This document shows positions 19,819 to 31,460 of a DNA stretch of 64,000 nt, piece by piece (within the stretch, counting starts at the first letter, position 1; each line of letters begins with the position of its first letter). The notes under the pieces were generated by a model. It did not search any database. It saw only the letters and a program-made list of their open reading frames with translations, and was not told where the DNA came from. Source of the DNA: Candidatus Poribacteria bacterium (GTDB lineage: Bacteria > Poribacteria > WGA-4E > PCPOR2b); assembly GCA_965223985.1 (NCBI GenBank), contig OZ245030.1:3151720-3215719 (forward strand), given 5' to 3'. A program made the position numbers and the translations under genes.

Positions 19819-20008
19819 GTTTTTTTCCTCATTGTTAACGATGAAGTACTAATGATTTGGCGTCATTGCGCCAGCTTTTGTTCTGCTTCTAACGCGAACG
19901 GGCGATGTCGCCTGTTGACGGGCGAAGCCCCCCGCATCATAACAAGAGCGCCGATTCATAGTGCGGAATCGGCGCTCGACAAGTTAATTGATGGTCAAAC
20001 CGTGCGCG

Positions 20009-20302
20009 CTACCAACTGTTAAATCCGCCCCGTTGACGGTCTCTAGATTGATTTCGTTTCGGTTTTGGACGTGCCTCGTTCACTTTCAAAGTACGTCCCA
20101 TGAAATCGGTACCATCCAGTTCTTGTATGGCTTTTTTGCCTTCGTCTTGGTTTGGCATTTCGACGAATCCGAACCCTTTGGATCGCCCGTCGTACGTGTC
20201 GCGAATCACATTCACCGATTCTACAGTACCGGATTTTTCAAAAGCCTTCTGCAATTCGTCATCGGTGGCATCATACGACAAATTACCGACGTAAATATTC
20301 AT
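20009..20302 (-). CDS. RRM-type RNA-binding protein
   Basis: RNP-2 IYVGNL and RNP-1 KGFGFVEM with a Gly/Arg-rich tail. The likely start is MNIYVGNL; the ORF track starts 5 codons earlier. Confidence 0.85.
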   Translation of the reverse strand: MNIYVGNLSYDATDDELQKAFEKSGTVESVNVIRDTYDGRSKGFGFVEMPNQDEGKKAIQELDGTDFMGRTLKVNEARPKPKRNQSRDRQRGGFNSW

Positions 20303-20755
20303 TAAAATCTCCTTCAAATACTAAAATGTTTCGCACATCGCGGCATAAGTTGAGTCGGCAAACGACAGTCGCGCCATTCAATCGGCTGCGATGTAACTAC
20401 GGGTTGTCACCCGCCCGTCCGCCGCGAAAGCGGCGGAAAGACAGGCTAATATAATACCATAAAACGGGAGGTTTTGCCAGTTTGTGACAAGAAAATCTTC
20501 GGTGCGGTCGAATTTTCTGCAAGATAAAAGAGCAAACGACAAGCCCTCCTTACACGAGAGAAGCACCGTAATCTCATTTCTGAGTTTTTGGTTCTGTATA
20601 TTTGTGTGAATCAAATCGAATTTTACTCATCGCTTCGTGGATATGGTATAATTACCGCTCATGATTAGCGATTGTGTCGAACCGCGCGAGGAGAGAAAAC
20701 GACATTTTGCCAAAAAACTCTGTTTCCGCCAAGCGAGTAATCTTGAGGTAGTCTT

Positions 20756-22006
20756 ATGCAGAGAATAACGGGGGCGACGGTCAAAGCCTCTCATATCCGT
20801 CCTAACAGATTCCGGCGGCGCCGTGGCGTTATCCGCTACCTTTTAATTTGGCTGCTTCTGTGGTTGGGGTACAGTTTTCGGCACCTTCTGATCGATACAA
20901 CACCGCCTTCGCTTTATCTGACCGGGGTTGAAGTCGGGAAAACCTATCGCGGCAGCGTACCCGTCAATATCTCTGGAATCGACGATAGTTCGGTGCTCGG
21001 CACGCTCACGGTCCAAATCAATGATGACATTCCCGAACACCTTGGTCTTGATAAGGATGGCGAGAATCGTACCATCTGGACTCTGGATACGACAGTGCTG
21101 CCTGACGGCGAACACACGGTTACGGTTGCCGCGGCGGATGGGTCGTTTTGGAAAAATGCAAATCGGCATGAGTTGACGTTCTCCGTCGATAATACCCCGC
21201 CTCAAATCGAGCTCTCTCCGGAAATTCTAGACGTTCGGCAAGGCAAAACGTTGGGAATTTTTGTCCAGTCCGATGGACTTCTCGCTGAATTAGAGGGCAA
21301 AATTTTTAATCGGACTGTTCGGTTCTATCCGTTTAGATCGAAAAACGTGTACAGAGGTTTAATTGGTGTGAGTGTAACGCAGCCGGCAAAGCACTATGCG
21401 CTGGCGTTAGAGGCGAAGGATTCGGTTGGGCAGAAGACGAATCGGACCTTTCGTGTCACAGTGGGCAGGACGAAATTTGCGCAGGGCGGGCACATCGTGC
21501 TTTCGCCCAACAGACAGAAGGTTATGCGTGATAAATCTAAATCGCAGGAAGACAATGCGAAGCGCGTAAAAGCCTATCGGAACAGCGGGTCGACTCAGCT
21601 TTGGAAGGGGACGTTCGTCCAGCCGGCGGAGGGGCTGCTCACCTCACCGTTTGGCAAGTACCGAGAATATAACACCGGGGTTCGGCGCCACCACCTCGGC
21701 ACGGATATCGCGAATGACGTGGGTACACCCATTGATGCGGGCAACGATGGTGTTGTGACACTTGCCGAAAGGCTTCATCTTTACGGGAATGCCATCATCA
21801 TCGGTCATGGACAGGGTGTCTCGACAAGCTACAATCATCTCAGCGAAATCGGCGTGAACGTGGGCGACACGGTCAAAAAAGGACAACGCATCGGGCTGAT
21901 GGGTGCAACCGGTCAGGCCACGGGATCGCATCTTCACTGGGGCATGGTGGTCAACGGGTTTGCAGTCGATCCAGAGGAGTGGACGGAATCGGATTTCTCC
22001 CGCTAG
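20756..22006 (+). CDS. M23 family metallopeptidase (LytM-like)
   Basis: C-terminal M23 motifs HLGTDIA...GTPI ... GHGQGVSTSYNHLS ... ATGSHLHWG. N-terminal TM anchor. Confidence 0.8.
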   Translation: MQRITGATVKASHIRPNRFRRRRGVIRYLLIWLLLWLGYSFRHLLIDTTPPSLYLTGVEVGKTYRGSVPVNISGIDDSSVLGTLTVQINDDIPEHLGLDKDGENRTIWTLDTTVLPDGEHTVTVAAADGSFWKNANRHELTFSVDNTPPQIELSPEILDVRQGKTLGIFVQSDGLLAELEGKIFNRTVRFYPFRSKNVYRGLIGVSVTQPAKHYALALEAKDSVGQKTNRTFRVTVGRTKFAQGGHIVLSPNRQKVMRDKSKSQEDNAKRVKAYRNSGSTQLWKGTFVQPAEGLLTSPFGKYREYNTGVRRHHLGTDIANDVGTPIDAGNDGVVTLAERLHLYGNAIIIGHGQGVSTSYNHLSEIGVNVGDTVKKGQRIGLMGATGQATGSHLHWGMVVNGFAVDPEEWTESDFSR

Positions 22007-22048
22007 GTTGAGGATTATATTCCAGAGAAAACCAACGTGAGATGATTC

Positions 22049-23995
22049 ATGAATCAAACGAGCCCCATTGAAAACCCCAAGCGAGGCGGTGTCCGCCTTA
22101 GAGTTGTTGTCATCGGTCTAATATTGATGGCGCTCAATGCCTATTGGGTCGCAATCAATGATATCATCGTGGGACCGTTGCACAACTACATGTCGCTGTT
22201 CAGCAACGCGGTCTTTACGCTGTTTGCTCTGATTCTGCTGAACCTGATTGTCAAGAGACTGCTGCCGCGCGCATCGCTCAACAGATCCGACCTGTTCGTT
22301 ATCTATGTCATGGTCGTCACGGTGACAACCGTATCGGGACATCCGAGCATGAGCCATGTGGTCGGAATTCTCGCGCACCCGTACTGGTTCGCCACGCCGG
22401 AGAATGACTGGCGAAATCTGTTCTGGGGATATATCCCCGACTGGTTCACCACCCGCGACACAAACGCGCTCAGCGGTTTTTTCCTCGGCGAGACCTCCTT
22501 CTTCAGCCCGCAGTACGTCATACCTTGGCTGGCGCCGATTCTCTATTGGTCCGCGTTTATGTTCGTGCTCTACTTCGTTCTCATCTGTATCAACGTTATT
22601 CTGAGAAAGCAGTTCACCGAGCACGAACGGCTCACCTACCCTATCACGTGGATGCCCCTAGAGATGGGGCGAGACATCTCCGGCTTCCTGAGGAACAGGT
22701 TAATGTGGGCGGGCTTTGGGATTGCGGCGGGCATCAGTCTGCTGAATGGCTTGCATACCTTATACCCTTTCGTCCCCGCTGTGCCCGTGTGGTGGCAACG
22801 GGTCAGCTTCGTGGAAAAACCGTGGAGCTACGCGGGCGGCGTGCTGGTCTCCTTCCAGCCGTTTGTGATTGGGCTCTCATTTTTCATGCCGTTGGATCTG
22901 GCGTTTTCCGCTTGGTTCTTCTACATGCTACAGCTTCTGATACGGATACTGCTGGGCGCGGGGATGGGTATACGCAACCCGTACTTCGATGAACAGGCAC
23001 AGGGGGGTTGGATCGGGTTGGGGATTCTTGCGCTCTGGGTCGGTCGCCGACATCTCAAGCGCGTGTTCGTCCACACGTTCAGCGGCAAGGGCGGAATTGA
23101 CGACACGAGCGAGCCGATGCGGTATCGGACCGCAATCTTGGGAATTGTCGCAGGGCTGCTGTTCTTGCTTGGGTTTGCGTACAAAGCCGGGCTTGATGCA
23201 TGGGTGCTGATCGTGTTCTTGGCGTTATACTGTGCGATTGCGATCGGGGTGGCAAAACTCAGGGCGAGCTTGGGGGTGTCGATCCATCACATCATCTGGG
23301 TAGACCCGCAACGCACGATGGTGACTGCCTTCGGAACACGCGCCTTCGGAGCGCGGAACCTGACGGTGCTGACCTTTCTTTTTTGGCTGAATCGAGAGTT
23401 GGTCGCGCATCCGATGCCGAACCAGCTCGAAGCCTTCCGAATCGCCGAACAGACGGGTACGAACTATCGAAGAGTGTTGTGGGCGATGCTGATAACGCTA
23501 ATCGTCGGGATACCGGTGACCTTTGTGATATACCTCAGCCTTACGTATCACCACGGAGCCGGTAATTCCGCGTCACACATCGTGGGGATGGGGACGGACT
23601 ACTTCACACGTCGTCTCCAACCGTGGTTGAGCAATCCGCTCGAACCGGATTACCTGACAATGAGCATGATTGGTCTCGGGTTTGGGATAATGACCGTTCT
23701 GCTAGTCATGAAGATGCGGTTTCTGTGGTGGCAATTCCATCCGGTGGGGTACGTCATGGGAATTAGCCCGTCGGAGATGAGTTATATCTGGTGCCCGATG
23801 CTTGTTAGTTGGTTTCTCAAGTTCATCGTCTTACGGTATGGCGGATTGAAGGGGTATCGACGCGCCATACCATTTTTTGCGGGCTTGGTGCTCGGAGATT
23901 ACACGATGGGCTGCATTTGGAGCATCATTAGTGCGACCTTCAACGTCGTCACGTATAACATGGGGTGGCACGGACGTCCTAACATGATTCCCTAA
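22049..23995 (+). CDS. Polytopic membrane protein of unknown function (about 13 TM; paralog 1 of 3)
   Basis: 648 aa, highly hydrophobic, with conserved blocks NAYWVAINDIIVGPLHNYMSLFSNAVFTLF, HPYWFATPENDWRNLFW and ERLTYPITWMPLEM shared with ORFs at 60913 and 63626. Confidence 0.75.
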   Translation: MNQTSPIENPKRGGVRLRVVVIGLILMALNAYWVAINDIIVGPLHNYMSLFSNAVFTLFALILLNLIVKRLLPRASLNRSDLFVIYVMVVTVTTVSGHPSMSHVVGILAHPYWFATPENDWRNLFWGYIPDWFTTRDTNALSGFFLGETSFFSPQYVIPWLAPILYWSAFMFVLYFVLICINVILRKQFTEHERLTYPITWMPLEMGRDISGFLRNRLMWAGFGIAAGISLLNGLHTLYPFVPAVPVWWQRVSFVEKPWSYAGGVLVSFQPFVIGLSFFMPLDLAFSAWFFYMLQLLIRILLGAGMGIRNPYFDEQAQGGWIGLGILALWVGRRHLKRVFVHTFSGKGGIDDTSEPMRYRTAILGIVAGLLFLLGFAYKAGLDAWVLIVFLALYCAIAIGVAKLRASLGVSIHHIIWVDPQRTMVTAFGTRAFGARNLTVLTFLFWLNRELVAHPMPNQLEAFRIAEQTGTNYRRVLWAMLITLIVGIPVTFVIYLSLTYHHGAGNSASHIVGMGTDYFTRRLQPWLSNPLEPDYLTMSMIGLGFGIMTVLLVMKMRFLWWQFHPVGYVMGISPSEMSYIWCPMLVSWFLKFIVLRYGGLKGYRRAIPFFAGLVLGDYTMGCIWSIISATFNVVTYNMGWHGRPNMIP

Positions 23996-24252
23996 CCCCT
24001 TCGCGCCTAGACCCAATTCGCCGCGCAGCACACGAGCGGTGAAACGCGAATGGGCTTGATTCGACGGAGTAGGTGTGTTATGCTGTCTTCTTCTTAAGGT
24101 TTGCTGGGTTTCGCCGTGCGGCTCAACGTAACTGTCATAAATGCCTCCCCTGTTTTGGATACCGTGTAATGCTCGATATGCAGTAGCATTTATACAAAAC
24201 CTTTTAACGGATTTCAACGAAAAACTTGCGTTCGTCCAATGGGTGGTACCCG

Positions 24253-24951
24253 ATGGGGCATAAGCTCTCTATTGTGATTCCCGTTTATAATGAGGTCGGC
24301 ACGCTGGAAGAGATTCTCAGGCAGGTCCAAGCGGTAGAGATTGGGATTGAAAAAGAGATTGTCTTAGTGGACGATTGCTCAACTGATGGAGCGCGTGAGC
24401 TTCTCCAGCGGATTGAAGCGTCCGGCGACGCATCCATCCGTGTCTTCTACCACGACGTGAATCGCGGCAAAGGGGCAGCGCTGCGAACCGGGTTTCAGCA
24501 TGTGGACGGCGATATGACCCTCGTTCAGGATTCCGATCTGGAGTATGATCCGCGTGACTATCCCAAATTGATCGGTCCGATTCTGAGCGGCGCGGCGGAC
24601 GCGGTTTACGGCTCGCGCTTCAAAACGGGACGGGGTGATGCGCTGCTGTCGAGTTACGCCGCCAATCGGTTTCTGACCTCGTTCTCCAATCTGGTCACCG
24701 GCTTGAACCTGACGGATATTGAGACCTGCTATAAGGTGATAAAAACTTCGATTCTGCGGGAGATTCCGCTGCGGTCGGATCGATTCGGATTCGAGCCGGA
24801 GATTACCGCGAAGCTCGCCAAGCGGAAGTGCCGAATCTGCGAGGTGCCGATAACCTATCGCGGACGCGACTACCACGAGGGCAAGAAAGTGGGTTGGAAG
24901 GACGGGCTTGCCGCGATGTGTCATATTGTCCGTTTTCGATTCATGGACTGA
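24253..24951 (+). CDS. Family 2 glycosyltransferase (polyprenyl-phosphate sugar transferase-like)
   Basis: LSIVIPVYNEVGTLEEIL...VLVDDCSTDG...DLEYDP motifs of GT2 (DXD-type). The ORF track starts at a TTG at 24226. Confidence 0.8.
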   Translation: MGHKLSIVIPVYNEVGTLEEILRQVQAVEIGIEKEIVLVDDCSTDGARELLQRIEASGDASIRVFYHDVNRGKGAALRTGFQHVDGDMTLVQDSDLEYDPRDYPKLIGPILSGAADAVYGSRFKTGRGDALLSSYAANRFLTSFSNLVTGLNLTDIETCYKVIKTSILREIPLRSDRFGFEPEITAKLAKRKCRICEVPITYRGRDYHEGKKVGWKDGLAAMCHIVRFRFMD

Positions 24952-25027
24952 TGCGGCGCGGAATATCCCCGCCGCACGGAGTGCGCTAGCTGCTCCGACC
25001 GCTAGCCGGTTGCAATACGGCGTGATT

Positions 25028-26809
<1,782 letters not shown>

Positions 26810-26819
26810 AATAATACCC

Positions 26820-27015
26820 CCATGCCCCCTTGGTAAGGGGGGATGCTAGTAGAGTTTTCCCTCTTGATAAGGGGGAGGCGCTAATGGAGTTCTCCCTCTC
26901 GTTAAGGGTGGAGGAAAATAGGATTCGCGCCTTACTAAGGGGGCGCCGCCCAAATTTCTCCGGCTTTCTAAGGGGCACCCCGCACATTCTTCCTCTTGCC
27001 AAGGGGGAGTTAGAG
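26820..27015. repeat. Tandem array of about six ~35-bp units, each containing a short G/C-clamped hairpin (CCyTC-TTGNTAA-GGGGG)
   Basis: ccccttggtaagggggg (26826), ccctcttgataagggggagg (26859), ccctctcgttaagggtggagg (26894), gccttactaagggggcgcc (26929), ctttctaaggggcaccc (26964), cctcttgccaagggggag (26992). Single copies of the same hairpin occur at 46188-46215 and 34340-34380. Confidence 0.5.
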
Positions 27016-27059
27016 GGAGTCGAATTTTGGCGGCTATTGAAGAAGGGAGGACGTAAACA

Positions 27060-27776
27060 ATGACAAAGACAGCAGTTATTGCCGGTGTCGGCGCCGGTTT
27101 GGGCGCATCGCTGGCGAAGAAATTCGCGCAGGAAGGTTGCCGTGTGGGGCTTCTCGCGCGTTCGCCCAATTACATCAATACGCTGGCGGCGGAGCTGCGC
27201 CAAGCGGGCGCCATCAGTCTCGCTGTGCCCACGGACATCACCGACGCGCAGCAAATTGCGGGCAGTTTCTCGGCGGTGCGTGAGACGTTGGGACCGGTCG
27301 ATATTTTGGTCAACCACGCGGGAAATGCGGCGTGGGGCGATTTTTCTGAGTTGACGCCCGAGGCGTTTGAGCATTCTTGGCGAGTCTGCACGTTAGGGGC
27401 GTTCCTGTGCTCTAAGGAAGCGGTTCCCGATATGATAGGTCAGGGCGGCGGGACCATCCTCTTCACCGGCGCGACGTCTGCGATTCGCGGTCGAGCGGGG
27501 GCAATCGCGTTTAGCAGCGCCAAGTTTGCCGTGCGCGGTCTGGCGTGGGCGCTCGCACGCGAGGTCGGACGCAAAGGGATTCATGTCGCGCATATCATTG
27601 TCGATGGTATCATTGACACGCCGGATGTGCGTGCCCGATACCAACTGGACGACGATGAGCCGACCCTCGATCCGGACGAGATTGCCGAGACGTATTGGAG
27701 TCTCGTGCAGCAACCGCGCAGTTCATGGACCTTTGAGTTGGATGTCCGTCCGCATGATGAGGAGTTCTTTACGTAG
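27060..27776 (+). CDS. Short-chain dehydrogenase/reductase (SDR) family oxidoreductase
   Basis: N-terminal Rossmann motif TAVIAGVGAGLGASLAKKF...VGLLAR and NHAGNAAWG. Length is typical of classical SDRs. Confidence 0.8.
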   Translation: MTKTAVIAGVGAGLGASLAKKFAQEGCRVGLLARSPNYINTLAAELRQAGAISLAVPTDITDAQQIAGSFSAVRETLGPVDILVNHAGNAAWGDFSELTPEAFEHSWRVCTLGAFLCSKEAVPDMIGQGGGTILFTGATSAIRGRAGAIAFSSAKFAVRGLAWALAREVGRKGIHVAHIIVDGIIDTPDVRARYQLDDDEPTLDPDEIAETYWSLVQQPRSSWTFELDVRPHDEEFFT

Positions 27777-27848
27777 CTCAACCCAACCTACGTTGCTGCC
27801 CACCGTTTTTGTGGATGATTTTTCCGGTCTTATGCTACAATTTTGTAT

Positions 27849-28199
27849 ATGGGTTTACAACAGATAAAAATATATCGTACGCCGGAAAATCGTGAGCCCT
27901 TTACGGATTGGTTAAAGTCAATACGAAATCAGGAAACACGAAAACGAATTCTAGTCCGACTTGATCGGCTTCGGCATAGTAATTTTGGCGATTGCAAATC
28001 CGTTGGAGATAATGTCTTTGAACTCCGTCTCCAATTTGGTTCTGGTTATCGTATCTACTTTGGAAGAATAGCAGAAAACATTGTACTGTTACTATGCGGT
28101 GGTGACAAATCCTCGCAGAATAAAGACATTGAAAGTGCAAAATCCTATTGGCAAGAATACAAGGAGGCGAACCATGAGACAATTTCGGGATTATCATGA
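27849..28199 (+). CDS. Type II toxin, RelE/ParE superfamily (HigB-like addiction-module killer protein)
   Basis: Matches the killer-protein family pattern ...FTDWL...RIL.RLDRL...GDCKSVGDNVFELRLQFGSGYRIYFGR..NIVLLLCGGDKSSQNKDIESAK. Overlaps the downstream antidote gene. Confidence 0.7.
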   Translation: MGLQQIKIYRTPENREPFTDWLKSIRNQETRKRILVRLDRLRHSNFGDCKSVGDNVFELRLQFGSGYRIYFGRIAENIVLLLCGGDKSSQNKDIESAKSYWQEYKEANHETISGLS

Positions 28200-28422
28200 T
28201 TACCTCATTGAAGAGGAATTGTCAAATCCGAAGGAGGCATTGCTTTATCTCGAAGTCGCGTTTGAAGAATACCTTAAGGATGGTGACGCCACAGCGTTTA
28301 TGTTAGCACTTCGCAACATTGATGAAGCACAAGGCACCAACCTAAGCAACACTTTGAAGCTATCCGCGAAAGAGCCCCGTAAAATTGCGAAGCTGTTTCA
28401 ACGTGCAGCTTCCCCGCTCTAG
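28174..28422 (+). CDS. Type II antitoxin (HigA-like addiction-module antidote protein)
   Basis: ATG at 28174 lies 6 nt after an AAGGAGG RBS and overlaps the toxin's 3' end. LSNPKEALLYLEVAFEEYLKDGDATAFMLALRNIDEAQG matches the antidote family consensus. Confidence 0.6.
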   Translation: MRQFRDYHDYLIEEELSNPKEALLYLEVAFEEYLKDGDATAFMLALRNIDEAQGTNLSNTLKLSAKEPRKIAKLFQRAASPL

Positions 28423-28430
28423 ATCTAGTT

Positions 28431-28505
28431 TTCGTAGGTTGGGTTTCGGAGAAAACTATCGCCCTCGTTATTCACTCGGTTGATCTCTACCCAACCTACA
28501 AGAGC
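28431..28505. repeat. REP-like element cluster (GTAGGTTGGGT / ACTATCGCC...GTTGATC family)
   Basis: ttcgtaggttgggtttcg...aaactatcgccctcgttattcactcggttgatctctacccaacctacaag; the same words recur more than 50 times in the window. Confidence 0.6.
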
Positions 28506-28510
28506 TACGT

Positions 28511-29023
28511 TCAGAGCCGCCCGAACGGGAATGTGCCGGGCATTACATCTAAGCCTCGGTAGTGATTCGGTTTAATCATCGACGGGAGTCTCAGGTCCGG
28601 CAATTTAATCTCGGTGAGCCGATGGTTCTGTTCGGGTGTGAGCGCCGCTTTAATTTCATTGAGGAGCACGCCAATCTCCTTGAGATAGCCGTTGCGTTGT
28701 GTAATGAACTCCCTAATCTTTGTTCTGAGCGTGTTTCGTGCGCGCGCCGACTGTCGAGACATTCTCCGATTACCTTCGTACGGGCTCAATTGGTCCATCC
28801 GTGCTTCGCTGCGATAGCCCTGGTAGTGCGACTCTAGCACATCCTTGTCAAATTCGTAGTCTTCGACGATGTCCCGAATGATGGAGATTTTGGAGGTAAT
28901 CGTCTCCTGCTGTTCCGGAGAGAGGTTCAACGCGGCTGTGGATGTCGGGATGTCGATTAACTTTACCCCGCCGCAGGCGGAGGTTAATGCGACGTAGAAG
29001 AGGATGATGATGATCCGTATCAT
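28511..29023 (-). CDS. Hypothetical secreted/lipoprotein (170 aa)
   Basis: Signal peptide with a possible lipobox (MIRIIIILFYVALTSACGG); basic, helical protein with no recognised domain. Confidence 0.5.
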   Translation of the reverse strand: MIRIIIILFYVALTSACGGVKLIDIPTSTAALNLSPEQQETITSKISIIRDIVEDYEFDKDVLESHYQGYRSEARMDQLSPYEGNRRMSRQSARARNTLRTKIREFITQRNGYLKEIGVLLNEIKAALTPEQNHRLTEIKLPDLRLPSMIKPNHYRGLDVMPGTFPFGRL

Positions 29024-29434
29024 ATTCTTTCCTTAGTTGTTGAAAGAGACCTACACAAAACGTCGCTTGACCGCCGCTGTTGTGCTGGTGTTCGGCATTT
29101 TTTTGATTGCCAATTTTTAATTATTCCTTGCGGTTCGATTAGGTGAATTGGTTAAATAACGTTATTTGCCGTAGACCCGACTGCGCCGTTGTTGCAGGCT
29201 ACACTTACGGATAAACCCGCACAATCTGAATGAAGTTTCAATAAATATTCCGGTAATTCTACGAAAGATACGGTTCATTCAAGAAATCCATAATCAGCGA
29301 AATCTGTGTAATCCATATAATCCGTGATTCAGACAATTTCGCAGAAACCCGCATTCTGCGCAAGCCTATAGAGGCTTGCGGGACAATGCGAAGCAAACGG
29401 ACGCAGCAGCCCAAGCTTACATAATTAAAAAACC

Positions 29435-30409
29435 TCAACCGAAGGAGACACCTAATTTGACGCTCCGTTCAGGATGATTGTCCATCTCTATATAGGCTTC
29501 GACTGAATCTTCAAACGGCACCACCGGATCAACGACACCTTCACAATCAAATCTACCTTCAACAAGCCACTTCCAGCAGGTATCAACGATACGTCCGAAA
29601 TGCCAGCGCGGATGATCGCGGTTCGGATCGCTGTTGGCACGGGCAAAGATGATGTTCGGGATGTTGACATGCGCGACAGCACCGAGGTCAAGCCCGCCCG
29701 TACACGCTTTTGCGCGTCCAGCGTAGACGATTGTTCCTTCAAAAGCGACACTGCGAATTGCATCATCAAGGGCTTCGTACACTGCACTTGTTTCTACAGC
29801 CACATCAACGCCAAGCCCGCCAGTCGCTTCTTTGAGCACCTCGCCGGTATTAGAGGCAGTGGGATCGATAACAAGCTCCGCCCCCGTTTTTTCAGCGACC
29901 TTCCGCCGTCTTTCGAGCGGGTCTACGGCAGCGACGAAGTCAGCCCCTGCGATCCGTGCCATTTGCACCGTCATCAACCCAATGGCACCAAGCCCAAAGA
30001 CAGCCACCCGCTCACCAACGCGTACCTTTCCATCGCGAATTGCGGACATTGCAAAGTGGGCTGGATCATAGCAGACCGCTTCCTTCCACGTCATACTCTC
30101 AGGCATCCTGAGGACACCAGCCGCACGCCATGTATGCGTCTCCTTGAGGTGCCCGTGACTGGCGACGCGTTCCCCAATCGCGAAACCCTCAACCTCTTCC
30201 CCGATTTCAATAACTTTTCCGACGCACATATTTCCAAGTCCCATCGGAAAAGTTTCGCCGTCATATCCGTAATACGCTGTCAGTTCTGTACCACGCTTGG
30301 GCGCGCCGAATTCGACTTGAACCCGGACACTATCCGCGGGGACGGGACCATCTGCGTACTCTCTCAAGACGGGCTGCCGAAGGGCAACCGCGACCAATTC
30401 TCTTGGCAT
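29435..30409 (-). CDS. Zinc-binding medium-chain dehydrogenase/reductase (alcohol dehydrogenase family)
   Basis: GroES-like N-domain with GLGNMCVGKVIEIGEEV and the Rossmann motif VAVFGLGAIGLMTVQMARIAGA. Confidence 0.8.
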   Translation of the reverse strand: MPRELVAVALRQPVLREYADGPVPADSVRVQVEFGAPKRGTELTAYYGYDGETFPMGLGNMCVGKVIEIGEEVEGFAIGERVASHGHLKETHTWRAAGVLRMPESMTWKEAVCYDPAHFAMSAIRDGKVRVGERVAVFGLGAIGLMTVQMARIAGADFVAAVDPLERRRKVAEKTGAELVIDPTASNTGEVLKEATGGLGVDVAVETSAVYEALDDAIRSVAFEGTIVYAGRAKACTGGLDLGAVAHVNIPNIIFARANSDPNRDHPRWHFGRIVDTCWKWLVEGRFDCEGVVDPVVPFEDSVEAYIEMDNHPERSVKLGVSFG

Positions 30410-30430
30410 CTTTTTCTCCTTAAAGTAGTA

Positions 30431-30512
30431 GGTATACTACAAAAGCTACAGAAGACTATCGCCTTCGCTATCCGCTCAGTTGATCGCTCAGTTGATCGGT
30501 CGCTTGATTCCT
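30431..30512. repeat. REP-like element cluster
   Basis: aagactatcgccttcgctatccgctcagttgatcgctcagttgatcggtcgcttgattcctcgctatc. Confidence 0.55.
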
Positions 30513-30514
30513 CG

Positions 30515-31318
30515 CTATCTTTTAGCTTTGAGGTTGCCCCACGTGGTGGTGAGTTTTCCGTGCGGTTGAACGGCGAGAAATCCTCTCAAACCGCCGTCGA
30601 AGTGGGCTTCAACCTCCTCTTCGCTCAAGGCGCGCTTAACGATGAGGACTTCGTCGATCATACCGTTGAAAAAGAAGGGACCTTCTGACCAGCCGATGTT
30701 TAGCGCGTGGTCAATCTCTTCAGGGATGTTTACCTTGTCATCAACATCTCCGAACGGCTTACCGTCCAGATAATAGGTGTATTTTCTGCCTTCCTTAACA
30801 AGAAGCATCTGATACCACTGCTTCAAATCCGGATCCCACGGGTCGGAGTCGATCCAAGCGACGCCTGCGCCGCCGGCGGTATTGATGTGGAAGTCGATCC
30901 CGTTGCCGGAGTACCACCAAATCCATTTGTTTGTGGGACCGCCGCCCTCATCGTGTCCGAGCAGGGTAAAGCCCGAAGAACCACGGTTCCCCTTCGGCGG
31001 ATCTTCTTCGAAGTAAAGCCATAGTCCGATGGTGAAGTCGGTTTTGTGCAGGCTGAGGCTGTCGTCTTTCTCAATTTCGACTTGGTTCGTTCCATCGAGC
31101 CGAACCGCTTGCCCGAATTTTCCCTTTTCTCGTTTCGCCTTCTGTTCCAGTATGCCGTCGTTACCGTGCGGGGACACGTCCTTGGCGACTAGCCCCTTTT
31201 CTTCGTCAAACGAGATGGCGAGTACGACATCCTTGTCCACTTCGAGCGCCGCCGTATCTCGAAGTGCGAACGCGAGCGTCAAAGCGAAGATTAATGCGAT
31301 GGAAATCGTGTATTTCAT
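30515..31318 (-). CDS. Secreted LamG/concanavalin-like domain protein (paralog 3 of 3)
   Basis: ATG at 31318 with an AGGAG RBS and signal peptide MKYTISIALIFALTLAFALRDTAA. Body has VVLAISFDEEKG...IDEVLIVKRALSEEEVEAH. C-terminal tail KLTTTWGNLKAKR is shared with the 7440 and 8237 paralogs. Confidence 0.7.
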   Translation of the reverse strand: MKYTISIALIFALTLAFALRDTAALEVDKDVVLAISFDEEKGLVAKDVSPHGNDGILEQKAKREKGKFGQAVRLDGTNQVEIEKDDSLSLHKTDFTIGLWLYFEEDPPKGNRGSSGFTLLGHDEGGGPTNKWIWWYSGNGIDFHINTAGGAGVAWIDSDPWDPDLKQWYQMLLVKEGRKYTYYLDGKPFGDVDDKVNIPEEIDHALNIGWSEGPFFFNGMIDEVLIVKRALSEEEVEAHFDGGLRGFLAVQPHGKLTTTWGNLKAKR

Positions 31319-31339
31319 TTTTGTTCTCCTTTTTGGGTT

Positions 31340-31460
31340 TTGAGTTTCAGCCACATTATTATATACGATCAACTGAGCGGATAGCGAAGGCGATAGGTCT
31401 TGTAGGTTGGGTTTCGCTGATGGATTAACCCAACCCACATTCCGCATTACCCATTATACC
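31340..31460. repeat. REP-like element cluster abutting a truncated gene
   Basis: gatcaactgagcggatagcgaaggcgataggtcttgtaggttgggtttcgctgatggattaacccaacccacat. Confidence 0.55.

Noticed and set aside
26820-27015. Mini-CRISPR-like array of hairpin repeats with short variable spacers
   Set aside because: Repeat cores are degenerate (about 70-80% identity) and the spacers are only ~13-17 bp.
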